Counted from the first letter of the stretch, positions 42,773 to 58,284 are shown. The stretch: 64,000 nt of DNA from Eledone cirrhosa (GCA_964016885.1 OZ024746.1:87358001-87422000), one strand, 5' to 3'. Program-made: numbers and translations. Notes: a model not told the origin generated them from the letters alone.

Positions 42773-45013
42773 TATTCTTACTGATAAGAAAAAATCAAAA
42801 TTTATTCAGTTTGATATTGATGGATATTATTCCTCAATTTCACCTGATACTCTACATGAAGCTCTTTCGTTCGCTAAGGATAATTCCGACCTTACGGATG
42901 CTGAAATTAAAATTATTATGGAAGCGAGGAAAACTATAGTTAAATTCGATGATAGCTACTGGGTTCGCAAAGATAGACCTTCTAATTTTGATATCACTAT
43001 GGGTTCTAATGATTCGGCGGAAGTAACAGATCTTGTGGGAATTTATATCACCCACAGATTACAAGGAAAATTCAAGGATCTCCACGGTGGAATCTACCGT
43101 GACGATGCGCTCCTATTAGTTAAGCAGAATTTATAACCAGAATTTAGAAAGGATGCGTAAAAATATCAGAAAGCTTTTTAAGGAACTAGGATTAAATATT
43201 ACATTTGAATATAACCTCAAAGAGGTCAATTTCCTTGATGTTACTTTCAATCTCAATACAGATACGATTAAACCGTTCCATAAACTAAATGAGAACCTTA
43301 AATATGTAAATACGAGTTCTAACCATCCACTCTCTATAATTAAATCCATCCCTAGAAATGTTTCTCTTAGAATCTCCCGCCTGTCGTCCACCAACAAACC
43401 TTCAAAGAACATGCCGAATATTATGATGATGCACTTAGGAAAGCCGGTCACCTAGATAATATAGAGTATATAGTCAAAGATCACCAAAACACCCAAAATA
43501 AATCCCATAGGAGTAGAAATAGCACAGAATCACCACCATACATACACTACCGCAATAGACACAATAATAGTCGCACACCACCAAACACAAGGCGATGTAA
43601 GGAGTATATTTGGTACAACCCGGTCTATAACAATTCTATTAAAACCAATCTACCCTCAAAATTCTTTCGATTAGTTAAAAAACACTTTCCAACATCACAT
43701 AAATATAATAAAATCTTAAACCCTAACACTATTCGACTTTCATATTCAACCGCCCCTAATATTGAACAACATATAAAAAAGCTTAACGCAAAACGGTTGT
43801 ATAAACGCCTTCCAACACATAACAATACACGTAAAACATTAGCTATAACATCACAAAACAACAAACAACATCCTGTCCTACATAAGCAACCTTATCAACC
43901 CATCCATAGCAATACAACAACGCAAAATTATAATTGCAACTGTGTCCAACCAGGAATGTGTCCGTTGAACAATCAGTGTCTTGAACGCAACATCGTATAC
44001 AAATGTACTATCGAATCGGATAGACAGAAGTGGTACTATGTGGGATCTACAGCCACCTCCTTCAAATCACGCCTTTATAGACATCGTTACTCGATAAAAC
44101 ATGAAAACCAGCGTTATGTAACAACACTCGCAGACAAGGCTTGGCAGCTGCGTGAAAATAACCAACAATTTCACCTAAAATGGGATATAATAGCGGCTCC
44201 CCCCCCCCCCCCCCCCATATTCCCATGGACAGGAATTTTGTAAATTATGCAATGTAGAATTATTTTGTATTATGAAATCCAAAAACATTTTATTAAATAA
44301 CAGAATAGAGCGATCGTTATACTGTAACCATCGCTTAAAATCTACATTTTCATATTATAAATACTACCAGGATTGAACGCCTGTCTCTATCCCCGTTTGA
44401 TTGTCAAAATAGATATTAACATTCTTTATGAGTCTTAATTCTATCAACTCTTCTATTATTTACCTTTTAATACAAACTGCTATAGATAAAATGAGATTTC
44501 TGATTTCTTGATTCAATTCCCTAATGCATATACCAGCTGGCTACTAGCATTGATGTTATTTAGTAGCAATCGAAATCTCCCCCTTCCCCAATTGACACTT
44601 TATAATTAATACTACTGCACCAAATGACCAGCCCTGTCCACTGTCCAGTTGGTCAAGTAGAGATTAAAATTGGCACTCCCAAAATTCTTACTTAGATTTA
44701 CTCATGGTATTCTCATTAGAAACCCATTATATACTTGTTTAGCAGTAAATTAATTTACCATCTGTCATATACTATCCCCTCTGTTTCTTCCTCTATTACT
44801 AATATAAATACTTCAATTTTTCTGATTTTATCCAATTTATCCAAAATCTCTGAAGAAGTGACAACTGATTATACATTTGCTATCGAATACTTGCTAACAT
44901 TATATGATTACGCAAGCAGCGATACATAGGTATTCAGTCTGTTACATAAACATATGCCAATACCTAATAAATTCCTTTTTTTAAAAAAAGCACTTTCATT
45001 TTATATTCATCCT

Positions 45014-45017
<4 letters not shown>
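42773..45017 (+). mobile_element. 5'-truncated Penelope-like retroelement inserted in (TA)n
   Basis: RT then GIY-YIG coding remnant followed by a non-coding terminal region with a second copy at 34958-35325; (TA)n at both ends. Confidence 0.9.
42780..44376 (+). pseudogene. PLE reverse transcriptase plus GIY-YIG endonuclease, disrupted
   Basis: FIQFDIDGYYSSI, FDITMGSNDSAEVTDLVG, IYRDDALL, VNFLDVTF, YVNTSSNHP, CNCVQPGMCPLNNQC, IVYKC..YVGSTATSFKSRLYRH, CKLCNVE; stop at 43134 and frameshifts near 43.4 kb and the poly-C run. Confidence 0.92.
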
Positions 45018-45066
<49 letters not shown>

Positions 45067-45247
45067 TAAACGGAAAAGAAAATTCTGACAAATTGATCAC
45101 AGTGAACAATAGTTTAATTAGGAATAAGTGAGAATTAGTAATAGAATGGGTTAGTATTCAGTTTTGGTTCTAAGTTTTTCCGGTTGCGCATTTCTAATGC
45201 TTTTCAAAAATAATTTTGAGATAGATCGTCCGTGATGTTTGCTCTAA

Positions 45248-45278
<31 letters not shown>

Positions 45279-45279
45279 A

Positions 45280-45381
45280 TAGGAACAAGTAAGACCCCGA
45301 CGGCTGAGCTCAAGCCGTTTCGACGGCTAATTCTGTACAGAATTAGCCATCGAAACGGTTCCTTACCACATTTCCTTTGTT
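45280..45381 (+). mobile_element. Family A fold-back copy with internal deletion
   Basis: Centre ctgtacag; gaaacgg joins directly to ttccttaccacatttcc; (TA)n on both sides. Confidence 0.8.
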
Positions 45382-45387
45382 ATATAT

Positions 45388-45510
<123 letters not shown>

Positions 45511-45554
45511 TATACATATATATATGCATATAGATACATACATACACACACACA

Positions 45555-45590
<36 letters not shown>

Positions 45591-45621
45591 ATGGTGTTGT
45601 TGTGTGTGTACATATCTTTCT

Positions 45622-45688
<67 letters not shown>

Positions 45689-46145
45689 GAGAGCTATGCA
45701 CACACACAATAACACCATAAAATCACTTAACATACATTTTTTGTAGATATCAAACTTGAGAAATTTGTGTTTTGTATTCAATTCAATATTTCTTGTTCGA
45801 CTTCGTATTCGAGGCAATATAAGAAACATGGAAAATAACATTTTTTCGTCTGTACCTCAGGCTCTTATCCTTAACATAACAACAGCTATGTTGTGGGAAT
45901 GGCAGCACAAGATCTGCTACTTGCCACTAATACCCCCCCACCCACAAATATATATATATATATATAGTCATCAATTACTCTGAAGCACAGGAGGCGCACC
46001 TAAAACGATATATTTCTTTATCATGAACTGAACTAGTTATAAACTATAAACACTTTGCTCTTTAGCCAAGTGTTAGATTAGGCAAACATAACTTAAAAAC
46101 TATACACTACCTTCTTTGTTTCTTACATTCTTACACGCTGAAATT

Positions 46146-46929
46146 ATATTGTTTCTCTCGTTTTTTTTTTCTTTTCCTTTGAAATATAATTGTATAGGAT
46201 TAAATCTCCCTAAATGGCGTCGCTATGTTGTTGAATTGTTAAACACTCGATATATATGATATGTAATTTTTCCATTGTTTGTCTCCTCTACTTTCCATGT
46301 GTGTTCTTTAAACTCAGATAACATGGTCCATATATTTTGACGTATATTCGTTTGTTTTAACATTTGTTTGCCTGCTTATATTTATTTCATCAACAACCAG
46401 TAAACCTAATGATTCTCAAACTCGGCATGTTAAATCCTTAGTGTCGGGAATAGGTTTTCATTTCTAAATTCAATCTCTGTATGTACAAATCGTTAATTTA
46501 ATTTTCATAATTTGTTGTCTCGTATTCACTTAACAACCAGCTGACTGAAATTGCATTTAGTTGTAAAGCTTCAGTGTGTCAGTAAATGTTGTTGTCTTTA
46601 TTTGATTTAAGGAAACAGTGCTATAAATAACACCCGTGAAACCTTTAATAGTATTCATCTCTGCTAGGTTACATTTTCCGAAAAATAATTGAAAATTAAT
46701 TCAGTCTTCATTGCACGAACGTTTGATCCATCTCACAGCATTTGTTATGCCAGTAAACTTAGAATCACTAATCACAATAATTATTAACATAATATATCAA
46801 GTTTTCAATGAAATGTAATTATTTTTTTAAAATCTGGATAACAACGGTGAACATTGCTAGAATATATATGCATCTGTCTCAAAGCTGTGTAACAAAGCTC
46901 AATGTTTAGCCTTAATAAATTGAATACGT

Positions 46930-47005
<76 letters not shown>

Positions 47006-47170
47006 TCTCTCGTTTTTTTTCTTCTTTTCCTTTGAAATATAATTGTATAGGATTAAATCTCCCTAAATGGCGTCCCTATGTTGTTTAATTGTTAAACACT
47101 CGATATATATGATATGTAATTTTTCCATTGTTTGTCTCCTCTACTTTCCATGTGTCTCCTCTACTTTCCA
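46146..47170. repeat. ~155-bp direct repeat pair (46146-46303 and 46997-47154)
   Basis: tatattgtttctctcg...ctcctctactttccatgtgt is near identical in both; the second copy lies between microsatellites. Confidence 0.85.
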
Positions 47171-47182
47171 TATATATATATA

Positions 47183-47657
<475 letters not shown>

Positions 47658-47661
47658 TCAA

Positions 47662-47737
<76 letters not shown>

Positions 47738-47911
47738 TAAAATCCCGATACGACGAACACCATAATACCACACATTTTTCAGTATTACGAAAACATTATA
47801 CTAGCCCTGGCCACAAAGCTCGGTTTTATGTTGATGGTGTTTTAAATAATGTTTCGTTACGACGTGAATTTCGTTATAATGGAATTTTAATGCACATATC
47901 TTAGACTGTGT

Positions 47912-48115
47912 TTTAGGTTCTTCCGCGCTGTTAGGCGCATGGAGCAGTAACTAGTCGCCAACGTTTACGATAAACGGCAGCTTTTTCGCGTCCTGCCAAG
48001 TGATGTTGGATGCCATCACGTCTTTTTGGAATGTTCGCCGCCAGGTGACCCCGGGGCAAATCCGTCACCATTTGCCGCCAGGTGGAGTCCACTTCATCGC
48101 AATTTGGGATCCAGT
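47912..48115 (-). mobile_element. RTE-clade LINE 3' end
   Basis: Minus strand: IAMKWTPPGGKW*RICPGVTWRRTFQKDV..ITWQDAK/AAVYRKRWRLVTAPCA. Confidence 0.7.
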
Positions 48116-50127
48116 AATGTTACTATTATTCATAGTCATAATTAATGCCTTGTTTAATATTATAGGAGAAATAGGTGTAGTATGAAATAGGTGTGGTACG
48201 AATTAATATCAAATTGTAAGCATTTATTATTTTTATTATCATTAATACCATTGAACCATTCATTGTGTCTTCTAGAGACTCGCACTGTGATCTATTCTAA
48301 GCTAAACTTTTAAATAGACAATTAGAAATATTTTCCATGTGCCAACACTACCACCGACACACTTTCCACAACTTCAAACCTACCTGCTAGTATATAACAA
48401 TGTCAGATCTTGATTCCTCACCACCGTTAACACTTAACCTCTAGGTTTTATCAGCATATAATTTACCCCCACAGCATCACATTCTATCATCAGCTCATTC
48501 CTCTACTTATCTCCTATTTATCTCTATACTCTACAATAACTATTGGGAACATGACACTGTTAATGACAACACTAATATCTATGTATCTTTGCAAATTTAG
48601 TGTGGAATAGGAGTTTAATAATATGTCTAAACTTTGCTAGTGCTCCGAGGAATCCAAAAGAAAATTTGGTAAAAACGATTGTCAGCCATAACATGTTTGG
48701 AACATAGTTTTGGTTATTCTGTAATTCATATTCTGGCTCTGTAAAACATCTGACGTATTTAAATTGATCTATGTTTCCTACTGGTAATAAGGTGGTAATG
48801 AATTACTGACCTTTCCTGTTTATAATTATATATAGTGTATATATGAGTATAAATTATATATATATATATATCACGAAATGAAACTCTCTATTTTGTATTC
48901 CCTGCATATTACATCCCATGAATGCGTTGTTGCCTTGAGTGATGACAATTACGGAGTTATTTATTGAATATAATAATCAATCTGCAAGATGTTGAATATG
49001 AATTTCTGAAAAACCTAACACTCATCTACCTGGTATAGTGACATTATAAATCTGTGATATTGCCAAGTAGAATGATACTCGTTGCTTTACTAGGAGTAAT
49101 CTAGTAATAGTGTCTTCTATATTGCACAAATTATTAGAAAAATCCATACATAATAATAGTTGTCTTACTTAGAACAATTTTAAGAAAAAGAAAACACAAA
49201 AAAATAGTTAGATCATGATATATTCGTACTCTCTTCCCAAAATTATACCAGAATATACACAATCAAATCCAATCAGAAATTGCGGGAAAGTGTATAATAA
49301 TATTGAATGAAATACAATCTGTAATAAAACTAGGGATATCTTTTCATTCAGGTAATGTAATTTCAAAATACTTATATATATTGCAACGAACCTAAATACG
49401 ATATATAATAACTAGAGAACATTTTGAATGAATATATTTATTAATATAAATAAAACAATATAATTGCATTCATATTGTATAATACATTTTTCGATTTGTT
49501 ATGTTTGCTTTTTGACTCATCGATGTAAATCGTCGAAATTTAATTAAAATAAAATTGCCTGCGAAATAGGCAAAAGTCAAAGAAAGAAGAATGCAGTAGA
49601 CATAAGAAATACACCCTGCAATCATTTAATAACATTTCATTTCGATAGAAATAAACTTATATTGATCTTGTTTACAACCTAAACATTTGCATCCTATTGA
49701 ATAGCACTGTCTGAGCATATTATTGACAACAGAAAATTATACGTAATATGGAGCGTTATTAAAAAAAATATATAATGCTATAATAATTATTGCAAGAAAG
49801 GAGTGTAACAAGAGGAAAACGAAAGCCTAATAATAGAAGCTATTTTCATTCTTATCTTACATTTCATTATTTCTTAAAAAAATATACCTACAAAATTGAA
49901 AGGAACGAGGTGCGTCCGCACATATCAAATTAATAAAGGGATATTTATTTAAACTCTAATAGCTTTGCTCAATCTCCAGTTTCATTTAATGGGGAAGGTT
50001 GTTTTTTTTTACTTCAGATGTGCACTTTAGAATATATGTGCACATATGTATAAGTGCACTTTAGAATATATGTGTATTCACACATATTTACATTCACACA
50101 CATAAACTGAGGATTTGGCAGAGATGT

Positions 50128-50163
<36 letters not shown>

Positions 50164-51874
50164 GAGGGTGTACTGAGTTACCTCAAGATTTAATGAAGTC
50201 ATACATTAAATGTCGAGAGCATATTACGAGGTTCAAAATGGTACAATATGTTGCTTCAAATAAAAGCTGTAGTTTTATGGTCTAGCAACGTTTAGCCTGT
50301 TCCACATGGTACCATAGAATAACATTGATTGACGCACTTGCGATGGCAGTAGTTATCAGCTAGCCATGGATAAGACATAATCATCTGGGGAATAAGTATT
50401 ACATTCATCAGCGAGTAGTGAAGTGCAATTCCTTCTCTGGTTAAAAAATTAAATACTCACGCACTTTAGTGAAGAGACTGCAGGCGTACATCACTTTGAA
50501 AACGTGCTAGAAGCAACATATTGGAAGAGGGAATCGATGTTAATTGACACGTTCCGACAGATGTAAATGGCCAGACAGTATAGAAAGCATTGTATTCACC
50601 ATACAACCGTTAATGATCTGAGCGATGTACGTTTTATAATTGTTGGAAATATTTAAATGAACAGTATAGAAAATTTAAAATTGTAAGCTAAATTTACACT
50701 TTTTCAGTTAACTTGCAGCTACTTCTCTCCTTATTCACCAACCTATACCTGAGATGCTCATTGGAGCAGAGTCGTCAGAAGCATCCGTCTCCAACTGATC
50801 CCTAAACGTGACGGACGTATCGAACGTTTACAAGCTCGTGGTCTCTAATCTTAGTTTACCTGATGTTTGGCTTTACACGTAAAGGTCGAGCTTTTCCTTA
50901 GAAATTCTTACCCATGTCTTAGTATCGAAGATGTGATTTATGTGGAAGTTGGGGTTTTATATTGGGTGACTCACTGATCGCCAGCTTTGCAACGTGTTGT
51001 GTAACCTTAAACCGTGGAATCTTCGGAGGAACATCATTCCGGCCGCTTGTATTCACAATCGTATTGTGTCGTTCATTATCCAAGATTCATGATCATAGGT
51101 AAGTGTAGTCAGGAACACCTAACTGAAGATTGCAAGTTTCACTATTATACATATGTCCCCTCATTTTACTGCTAGCTTATATGTTTTTCCTCAAGGCCTG
51201 AACACAAACCTAATAGCGACTTGTACGCACGAAATTAGTTAGCAGAACGTAATGAGAATAAATTAGGTAATAAAGGTTATGAGCATAACATCATTTAGAG
51301 TGTTTCGAGAACACGCATTATTAACTTCACTCAGATGAGATGTCGTGCTAAATATGCATGCCATTCTGCCTTTCTCTTGAACAAGCAGGATCAAGCGTTG
51401 CGTAAAATCAAATACATCTCTATATATATTTTGTATATTTTTGTTTGACTATGGAGTTGAAACATCAGCAGCTTTAACAACAATATATATGTTTCTGAAA
51501 TGTGGCTAGCTCTCTGTGTTTACAATACTCAAGCAATATAAAGGGAGACAAATAGCATGATTTTAATGTAACACATTAATACACACGCACACACGCAACC
51601 ACAAACACACACATACAAACACACGTATACAAACACACACATACACACACACACACACACATTAGTTGACTCTAATAGTGACATGATAACTAATATCTGA
51701 TATCCGTTAAACTATTGTTTGTATGCATTGTAAAATAAATCTTATTTATACACTAGTTTGCTATCTATGGTTTAAGTTGGGCTGAATCACACGAATTTGT
51801 TGAAACAATTGCGTTTATTTAGAGATAGTATTGTCGCATAAAAAGAACATACCAGTTCTGTTTCAATGCAGTTA

Positions 51875-51970
51875 AGCAACTCCGTCGTGTCTCGATAGTT
51901 TAACGTGTTGCGGGTGTAATGGGCCATCTATCGGAGGAATGCTTTTGCCGTCATGTCAGCGGAGCGCAGA
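51875..51970 (+). mobile_element. Short CRE-like 3' remnant
   Basis: AIYRRNAFAVMSA resembles the AIxRGNAxxIL terminus of the 38.5-kb copy. Confidence 0.4.
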
Positions 51971-53140
51971 ACTTCTGCCCGCCTACCCTAGGCCCAAAGC
52001 CGACTCACCTTCTCCCTTCGCCGTCAACTATTTTCTTCAACACCAGAGCTCTTGTCATCCCCTTCCCTTCCCGTTCTTTTTCTTCTTTATTTCTCTCATG
52101 TTTTTCTATATTTCCCTATTCTTTCTTTCCTTTTGTTTGCCTTTTTTTCTTTCTTACTAAATTTTATTTAAAAAATAAACATTTATATATATAAATTTTA
52201 GGCTTAATCATAATTTTTAACTTTATCATGCCTTCTTCTACTAGCACTTAACTAAATCCCCCACCAGTGTGAGAAGCTAGTAATTGTTTGGTATATACGA
52301 TGGTCAGCTCATGGTGGCGGACTTCCCGCTAGCAGACCCGACGTTTAAGACATTTACATTCCTGGAGTGCTCGGAAAAATAAATTTCCATTTCTTTCGTT
52401 AGACGATAATACTCGGAACGGCTGACACGCCTTTGGACCGCGGGCTGGTGTGAGGTCCGTAACGTCGCTGGTTATTGACCGCTAAGCATGGGCTCAATTC
52501 TTTACTCTACCTTAAAACTTTATTGTGACTATCTATAATACACTTAAACCTTTTCATAAAAGCTTCCTTCTGTAAATTCATTTAAGTTAATCTCATAATT
52601 TTATACTTAAACCTTATTTTTCTAATTTCATCTTAATTGGCACCTTCTAAACCTAAACATAAAGTTAACGTTTCTATTCGTTAATCGTAATTGCTGTCCA
52701 TACATTATACCATGCAGTCGCCCACTATATATGACTATATGTAGCTTTTTGAGGAGATATATGTTCTTTGAAATAATGTTTTTCGCAGCACATTCTAGCA
52801 CGCATGACCAACTTGATTGTAACCTGATCTCAGCGTTACCCTCTGATTTTAACGAGGGGTACTAGTACATTATAAGCCAACGCCGCTTCACCAAATGGAC
52901 ATTAGTAGGTTCAATAATCAAGACTTGAGGGCGGCCGTCGAGGGTAGAAGATGCTGAATGTTCGGTCGCCCTCATCATGGCTCTGATTTTTCAGCCCCAT
53001 GGATTTTGTCTATTGTATTCCTTTGTTATATTTCAAATACTTGAGGATGTCATCGGATTCATACTGAACCCCGTCATTGAAATGATCATAGTATTATAAA
53101 CCTTTCAAGGAGGTACACCAGTCCAACCTCCTGTTATTTT

Positions 53141-53213
<73 letters not shown>

Positions 53214-53448
53214 CCCTTGAAGTCGATAAATATCTTTGGGGACCTTGCGACTGCAGAGTCAGATTCGATATACAATAGATCGTGCCTTGAGCTGATCGTC
53301 GTAGAAACATGTGTAATATGTTAATAAATTGTGTTTTGATGCATCACTGATTCCTCGTTATCTATAATAATATACTCAGCCCCGCGTGAGCTTCGGGTGG
53401 TCAGACGGCATACCGCCTACGGACGCTTTTATTGCAACCTTACAACAG

Positions 53449-53504
<56 letters not shown>

Positions 53505-53523
53505 ATATATATATATATATATA

Positions 53524-53640
53524 TATGGAGAAGAACTTTATGAAATGGAAATGCGGGTATAAAGAATTTATTAGGTAACAATTGTTACCTAATACATTCT
53601 TTAATCCCGCATTTCCATTTCATAAACTTCTTCTCCATAT
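53524..53640. repeat. Fold-back palindrome at the end of a (TA)n-embedded insert
   Basis: atggagaagaa..ttaggtaacaa|ttgttacctaa..ttcttctccat; ~58-bp arms with no spacer; insert continues to about 53750. Confidence 0.85.
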
Positions 53641-54724
53641 TTTCTCCGGATTTTAAAACACACTTTATTATACGTTGAGCAATCTCTGACGTCGGTTGAC
53701 TCCATCCAATGCAACTACTTAGTAACATTGGAATACAAATTTACTAATTATATATATATATATATATATAAGTGTGTGTGTGCGCGTGTGTGTGTGAAGA
53801 TTTGTTGGGTCAGATTAAAGACTTTCACACGCGTAGAGTCCCCTGTCCAGAAAAGTGAAATATTTAAATAATAATCACGCATTCATTATTTTTTAATGTA
53901 TATTTCAGTATTGTTGGAAATCTTAAAATATCATAGAAACATTGCTTAATTTTATCAAATGAAGGGAGATACAAGAAATATCCATTATAATCAAAGTTTT
54001 GTGGAGTGCAACCACATAATACAACGACTAATCGATTATAATATAACCCATAACACGTGAACTGGAATTTATGATTAAATAACAGCTAACAAAAGTCAGA
54101 AATGTTAGTTAATGTGCTATTACAGACTACTGAAGAAAGATAAAAGATACCATACACTGGCATATCTCAATATAGAACAGGAAGCTAGAAGTGTCATTAT
54201 TTAACTATTCTCATCTGCAAGCTCATCCAAAGGAATATTTCTATAGAACATTAACTGTATATTAATTCGGCAGTGAATTGATTTATCCACTTCCTTATTT
54301 CCATGTGATTGGAAACAGGTTTAATATTTAATCATTAATTTGTTCTTCTTTGTCCGAGGTCCATCATCAGCATCACCATGGCGGTTTTCTCTGGCATTAT
54401 GATCTTAATTATGTTCATGGTAATGGTCCTGGAAATAATAGTAAAGCGTGGTCGGGACTCTATTAAAATACATAATTGTATATATATATAATATTAATTC
54501 AAAATATTAACAAAAATAGACATTCGTGTGATCCAGTATATTTTATTATACATATTTCAGAGGTACTGAGCTGTCTTCAACAGTACGTCCTGATCATCTA
54601 AAATAAGATGATGCATGGCATACCCTCACTTAGTAGATGGTTAAGATTCAGTCATGCTGTGGAGTGCTTCCAATCTATTGTAAAACTCATTCTTTGATTT
54701 ATTCATTGAACCTTGTTTAACCTT

Positions 54725-54784
<60 letters not shown>

Positions 54785-55455
54785 AATATGTATAATATGT
54801 GTATGTATGTACGTGAATATGTATAATATATGTATGTATGTCTGTGGATATTTATAATATATGTATGTATGTGTATCTATGTATGTGTATATATGTATAG
54901 ATATATAAATATAGATATATATAGAGAGACAGCAGACAGAGAGGGAGTAGTATAGGAGATATGGATGTTGAAGATAAATATTGTGTGTATAAACCATTGT
55001 ATATTAAATAAAGTAATAATAGGAAATAAACATTTGTTTATACACTCATTTGTTTTCTTCATTATCCATGATGGAAATAACACATATGTTTATATTCCAT
55101 ATATATATTGCAATGTTATCGGATACATTTGAAACCAAACAACCCCGCAGAGATACACACGTATACGTCATTGGTACTCCCACCCCACAAATTAATAAAA
55201 ATAATTCATATTGCAAGCAGTAAGTGAAAAGATGAAGGAGATTTTGGATAAATGTATACTTCATTTCTATTACGAAAATTTTAATATATATATAGGTGAG
55301 TAAATTATGCCAGGTTATTTAGCAAAATACAATTTAAAGGGGCATCATTTATGTGACGGCCCCATCGAACCAAAGTGAAACCCTTTTCCGTGGAAAGACG
55401 ATATCTCTCTATTCATATTTGAGCATTCAGAACTAAGGATTCGGATATATAATAT

Positions 55456-55583
55456 TTGTTTCTAGTGTTGGCACAAGGCCAGCAATTATCCTAGCGAATT
55501 ACTGGTACTTTATTTTATCGACCCAGTGAGTATGAAATGCAAAGTTAAACTCGGCGGGATTTGAACTCAGAATGGCAAGGCCG
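55456..55583 (-). mobile_element. tRNA-derived SINE, 5'-truncated
   Basis: ggcacaaggccagcaatt..tactggtactttattttatcgaccc..ctcggcgggatttgaactcagaatggcaagg. Confidence 0.8.
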
Positions 55584-55929
55584 TGAGTTCAAATAATTCA
55601 TTTAACTTTCAGTTTTATTATACCTTTATGCCTACATGTTGTTATGTAATTAAGTTTGTAGCAGCTGATATTCATCAATTGTATTCTTTATTTTATTCAT
55701 TGATTGTTGACTGCTCCGATACATGGCTAGGTGTTCATCCAGTTCCATTTGAATGTTTAGATAGAGGGGCATTTTATATTATTGATACTTTATATAGACA
55801 GTTCAACATATGATTACCTCTAAAGATCAGCCTGGTAAAATGAAGCTATTTTGCTGGCGATCTGGCAAGCAAAATCGTTTCGTTTTACCTGTCTGAACGT
55901 TAGAGTTTCTTAAGTATCTTCCAGCTCTC

Positions 55930-57250
55930 TTTCATGCCGAAGATTGGAACAAGATTCTCCAGAATCTTCAATACATATGTAACAGTATATCTCTCTCTTC
56001 GTCGTCCAAGAATGTGTGAGACGCAGATTGTACGGACGTATTTGCCGGAGCGTGCTTCGATAGTAAAATTTCAGTGTATCCCCAATTTCTTCTGGCTGAC
56101 AGGGTGTGGTTGGAGGCAAAATCTGAAAAGAGTGTTTTAGCCTGCTCAAAATAAGATTGTCCATATAATCATCATAACTACGTGTACTCCTGCAACAACA
56201 TATCATAGGATCCATAATATAATGCGTTTGCATTTAGAGCTCAGTTTGGTAATTTGGCTGAGAGAAAATGTATCATTTGACATGATTACTCCTCTCTCTT
56301 ATATGATACTAGCGCTCTTAATCGTTGTATTATGTACTGACAACTAGTATATATTATGCATATCACGTCTGTAATGAAGAAACTAGAATTTCGATTTAAT
56401 AATTCTCATATTATTTTCATCTGCCCATCAAACAATGAGGTTTAGTTCATTTTGGTGTGTGATGGGTCTGGTGTTTGGACAGCCATCAATATTTGTGTTT
56501 CATCTGGGTAACCGGCATAATTGGACTAGTGAACTTACAGCTGATACGGTCGTAATAAATCGTAGTGGGCCTAGCGTCATGCACTTGAGTGTATCACATA
56601 GTATTGGTAACTTGGCAAACGTTACACCGTTCGCATCTACAGATTTGTAGAAAGTCAATGAAACATTCTCCAAGTTCTATTTTAGAACCAAAACTTATAG
56701 CAGATGTTTCCATCAATCCTGTCAAATGCCTTTACAACATTAAAGTATATGGAATCAGTGTCTTTGTCTCTCAGAAAACCATTGAGGATAACATGTAAAT
56801 GCTATAAAAGTTGTTGTAGGCAGTTTCGTCCTGCCCAACATTATGTGTACCATCTAAGTGTTTATTTATTTTTCCTCAAGGAAGGGCAATGTGCTTTTTG
56901 CGACAATACTTTCTCCAATTTTAGATGTGTGAGATGTACCGTAAACCGGACTGTAATTCTTTAGCTTCAGCCCTGCTCCCACATTTGAGTATAGTTGTTA
57001 TTAATCCTTATTTCTTTAGTTCAAGGAATTAGCCCGGTTTCTAACGTCCTTTGCAATATCACCTTTAATGGTGTGACGAAGGTCTTTTTGCACTTTTATA
57101 ATAGAATGACTTGAAGACTATCTCGTTCTTGGCCGCGTTTGAATCCATATTATTAATAGCAGACATGATATCATTCTCCCTAATATCTTTAATGCCTTGC
57201 TGTGTTAGCATTGATGCATTTAATGGAGCGAAAAATATGTTTTCATTATG
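55930..57250 (-). mobile_element. Highly degenerate CR1-like LINE ORF2
   Basis: Minus strand pieces KCKKTFVTPLKVILQRTLETGLIP, TSHTSKIGE-like, RRRERYTVTYVLKILENLVP; boundaries approximate. Confidence 0.55.
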
Positions 57251-58234
57251 CAGTATTTTGTTAATTAAAGTTTGGCAGAATGCAATATTATAGAGTTCAG
57301 TTGATTCGTGATAGATTTGTTAATGTATGTTCTAATCTCGTAATGGGGAGATAACTTCCTGGAACCACACGATAGCATTAGCAGAATGACGATACACTAC
57401 ACATTGCTCATCTGATAGGTGTTTAACTTTTGTAACATATTGGTAAATGAAAACATCGACATCTATATGATAAAATGACGTTCTTATGGATTGGTTTATT
57501 TAACTTGATTCGGCAATGAAAAGGGTATTATTTTCCCGTTGGATTAGCTGAAGTTACTGGAGCGAGATGAAGTATAAAATCCTTTAAACAAGTGACAGTT
57601 GGAAAGCAGTTAGTTATGTGACCTGAGCAATAGGAATAGGAGTGACATATTCTTTATCTTCAATATCATGTTTTGAGATTTGTTTTACGAGCCTATTTCG
57701 TATACAAATAACTTGATATACTTTTTTTGTTGATGTTGGTGTCTGGTCTTTTAATCGCGTCAGTTATATCTAACGAAATCCGAATTATCTTTTCTTATTT
57801 AAGAGGGTATGAATTGATTTGAGGGAAATTCAACATTTATTACTAGCATTATATGTGACAATCTAGAGGCTCCCACACTAGCACTTCATAATCTATTTCA
57901 TAATACGAGGAAATTTACATCGCATGAATGCTTTTTTTATCATGCATTTTGAATCACGTGTAATATTCTAGATATAAATTGGATTTTCTCCGCGCATGAC
58001 TCATTTAAGAAGAGAGATAATGATAACCTATGAATTTAAGTATTTATCACAGTATTCATCCTTTCCTATTATTACATAGAGATTGACATCTTATACAGTA
58101 ACACTCGCCCCTCCCCCTTTCATTTATAAATAATTATATATTAGGTTTAATGTTGTACCCTCTCGGCGTGGTCGCATTTTATCATACACATCTACACACA
58201 CCCACGCACACACAGAAACACGAACACACACGCA

Positions 58235-58279
<45 letters not shown>

Positions 58280-58284
58280 CTATC

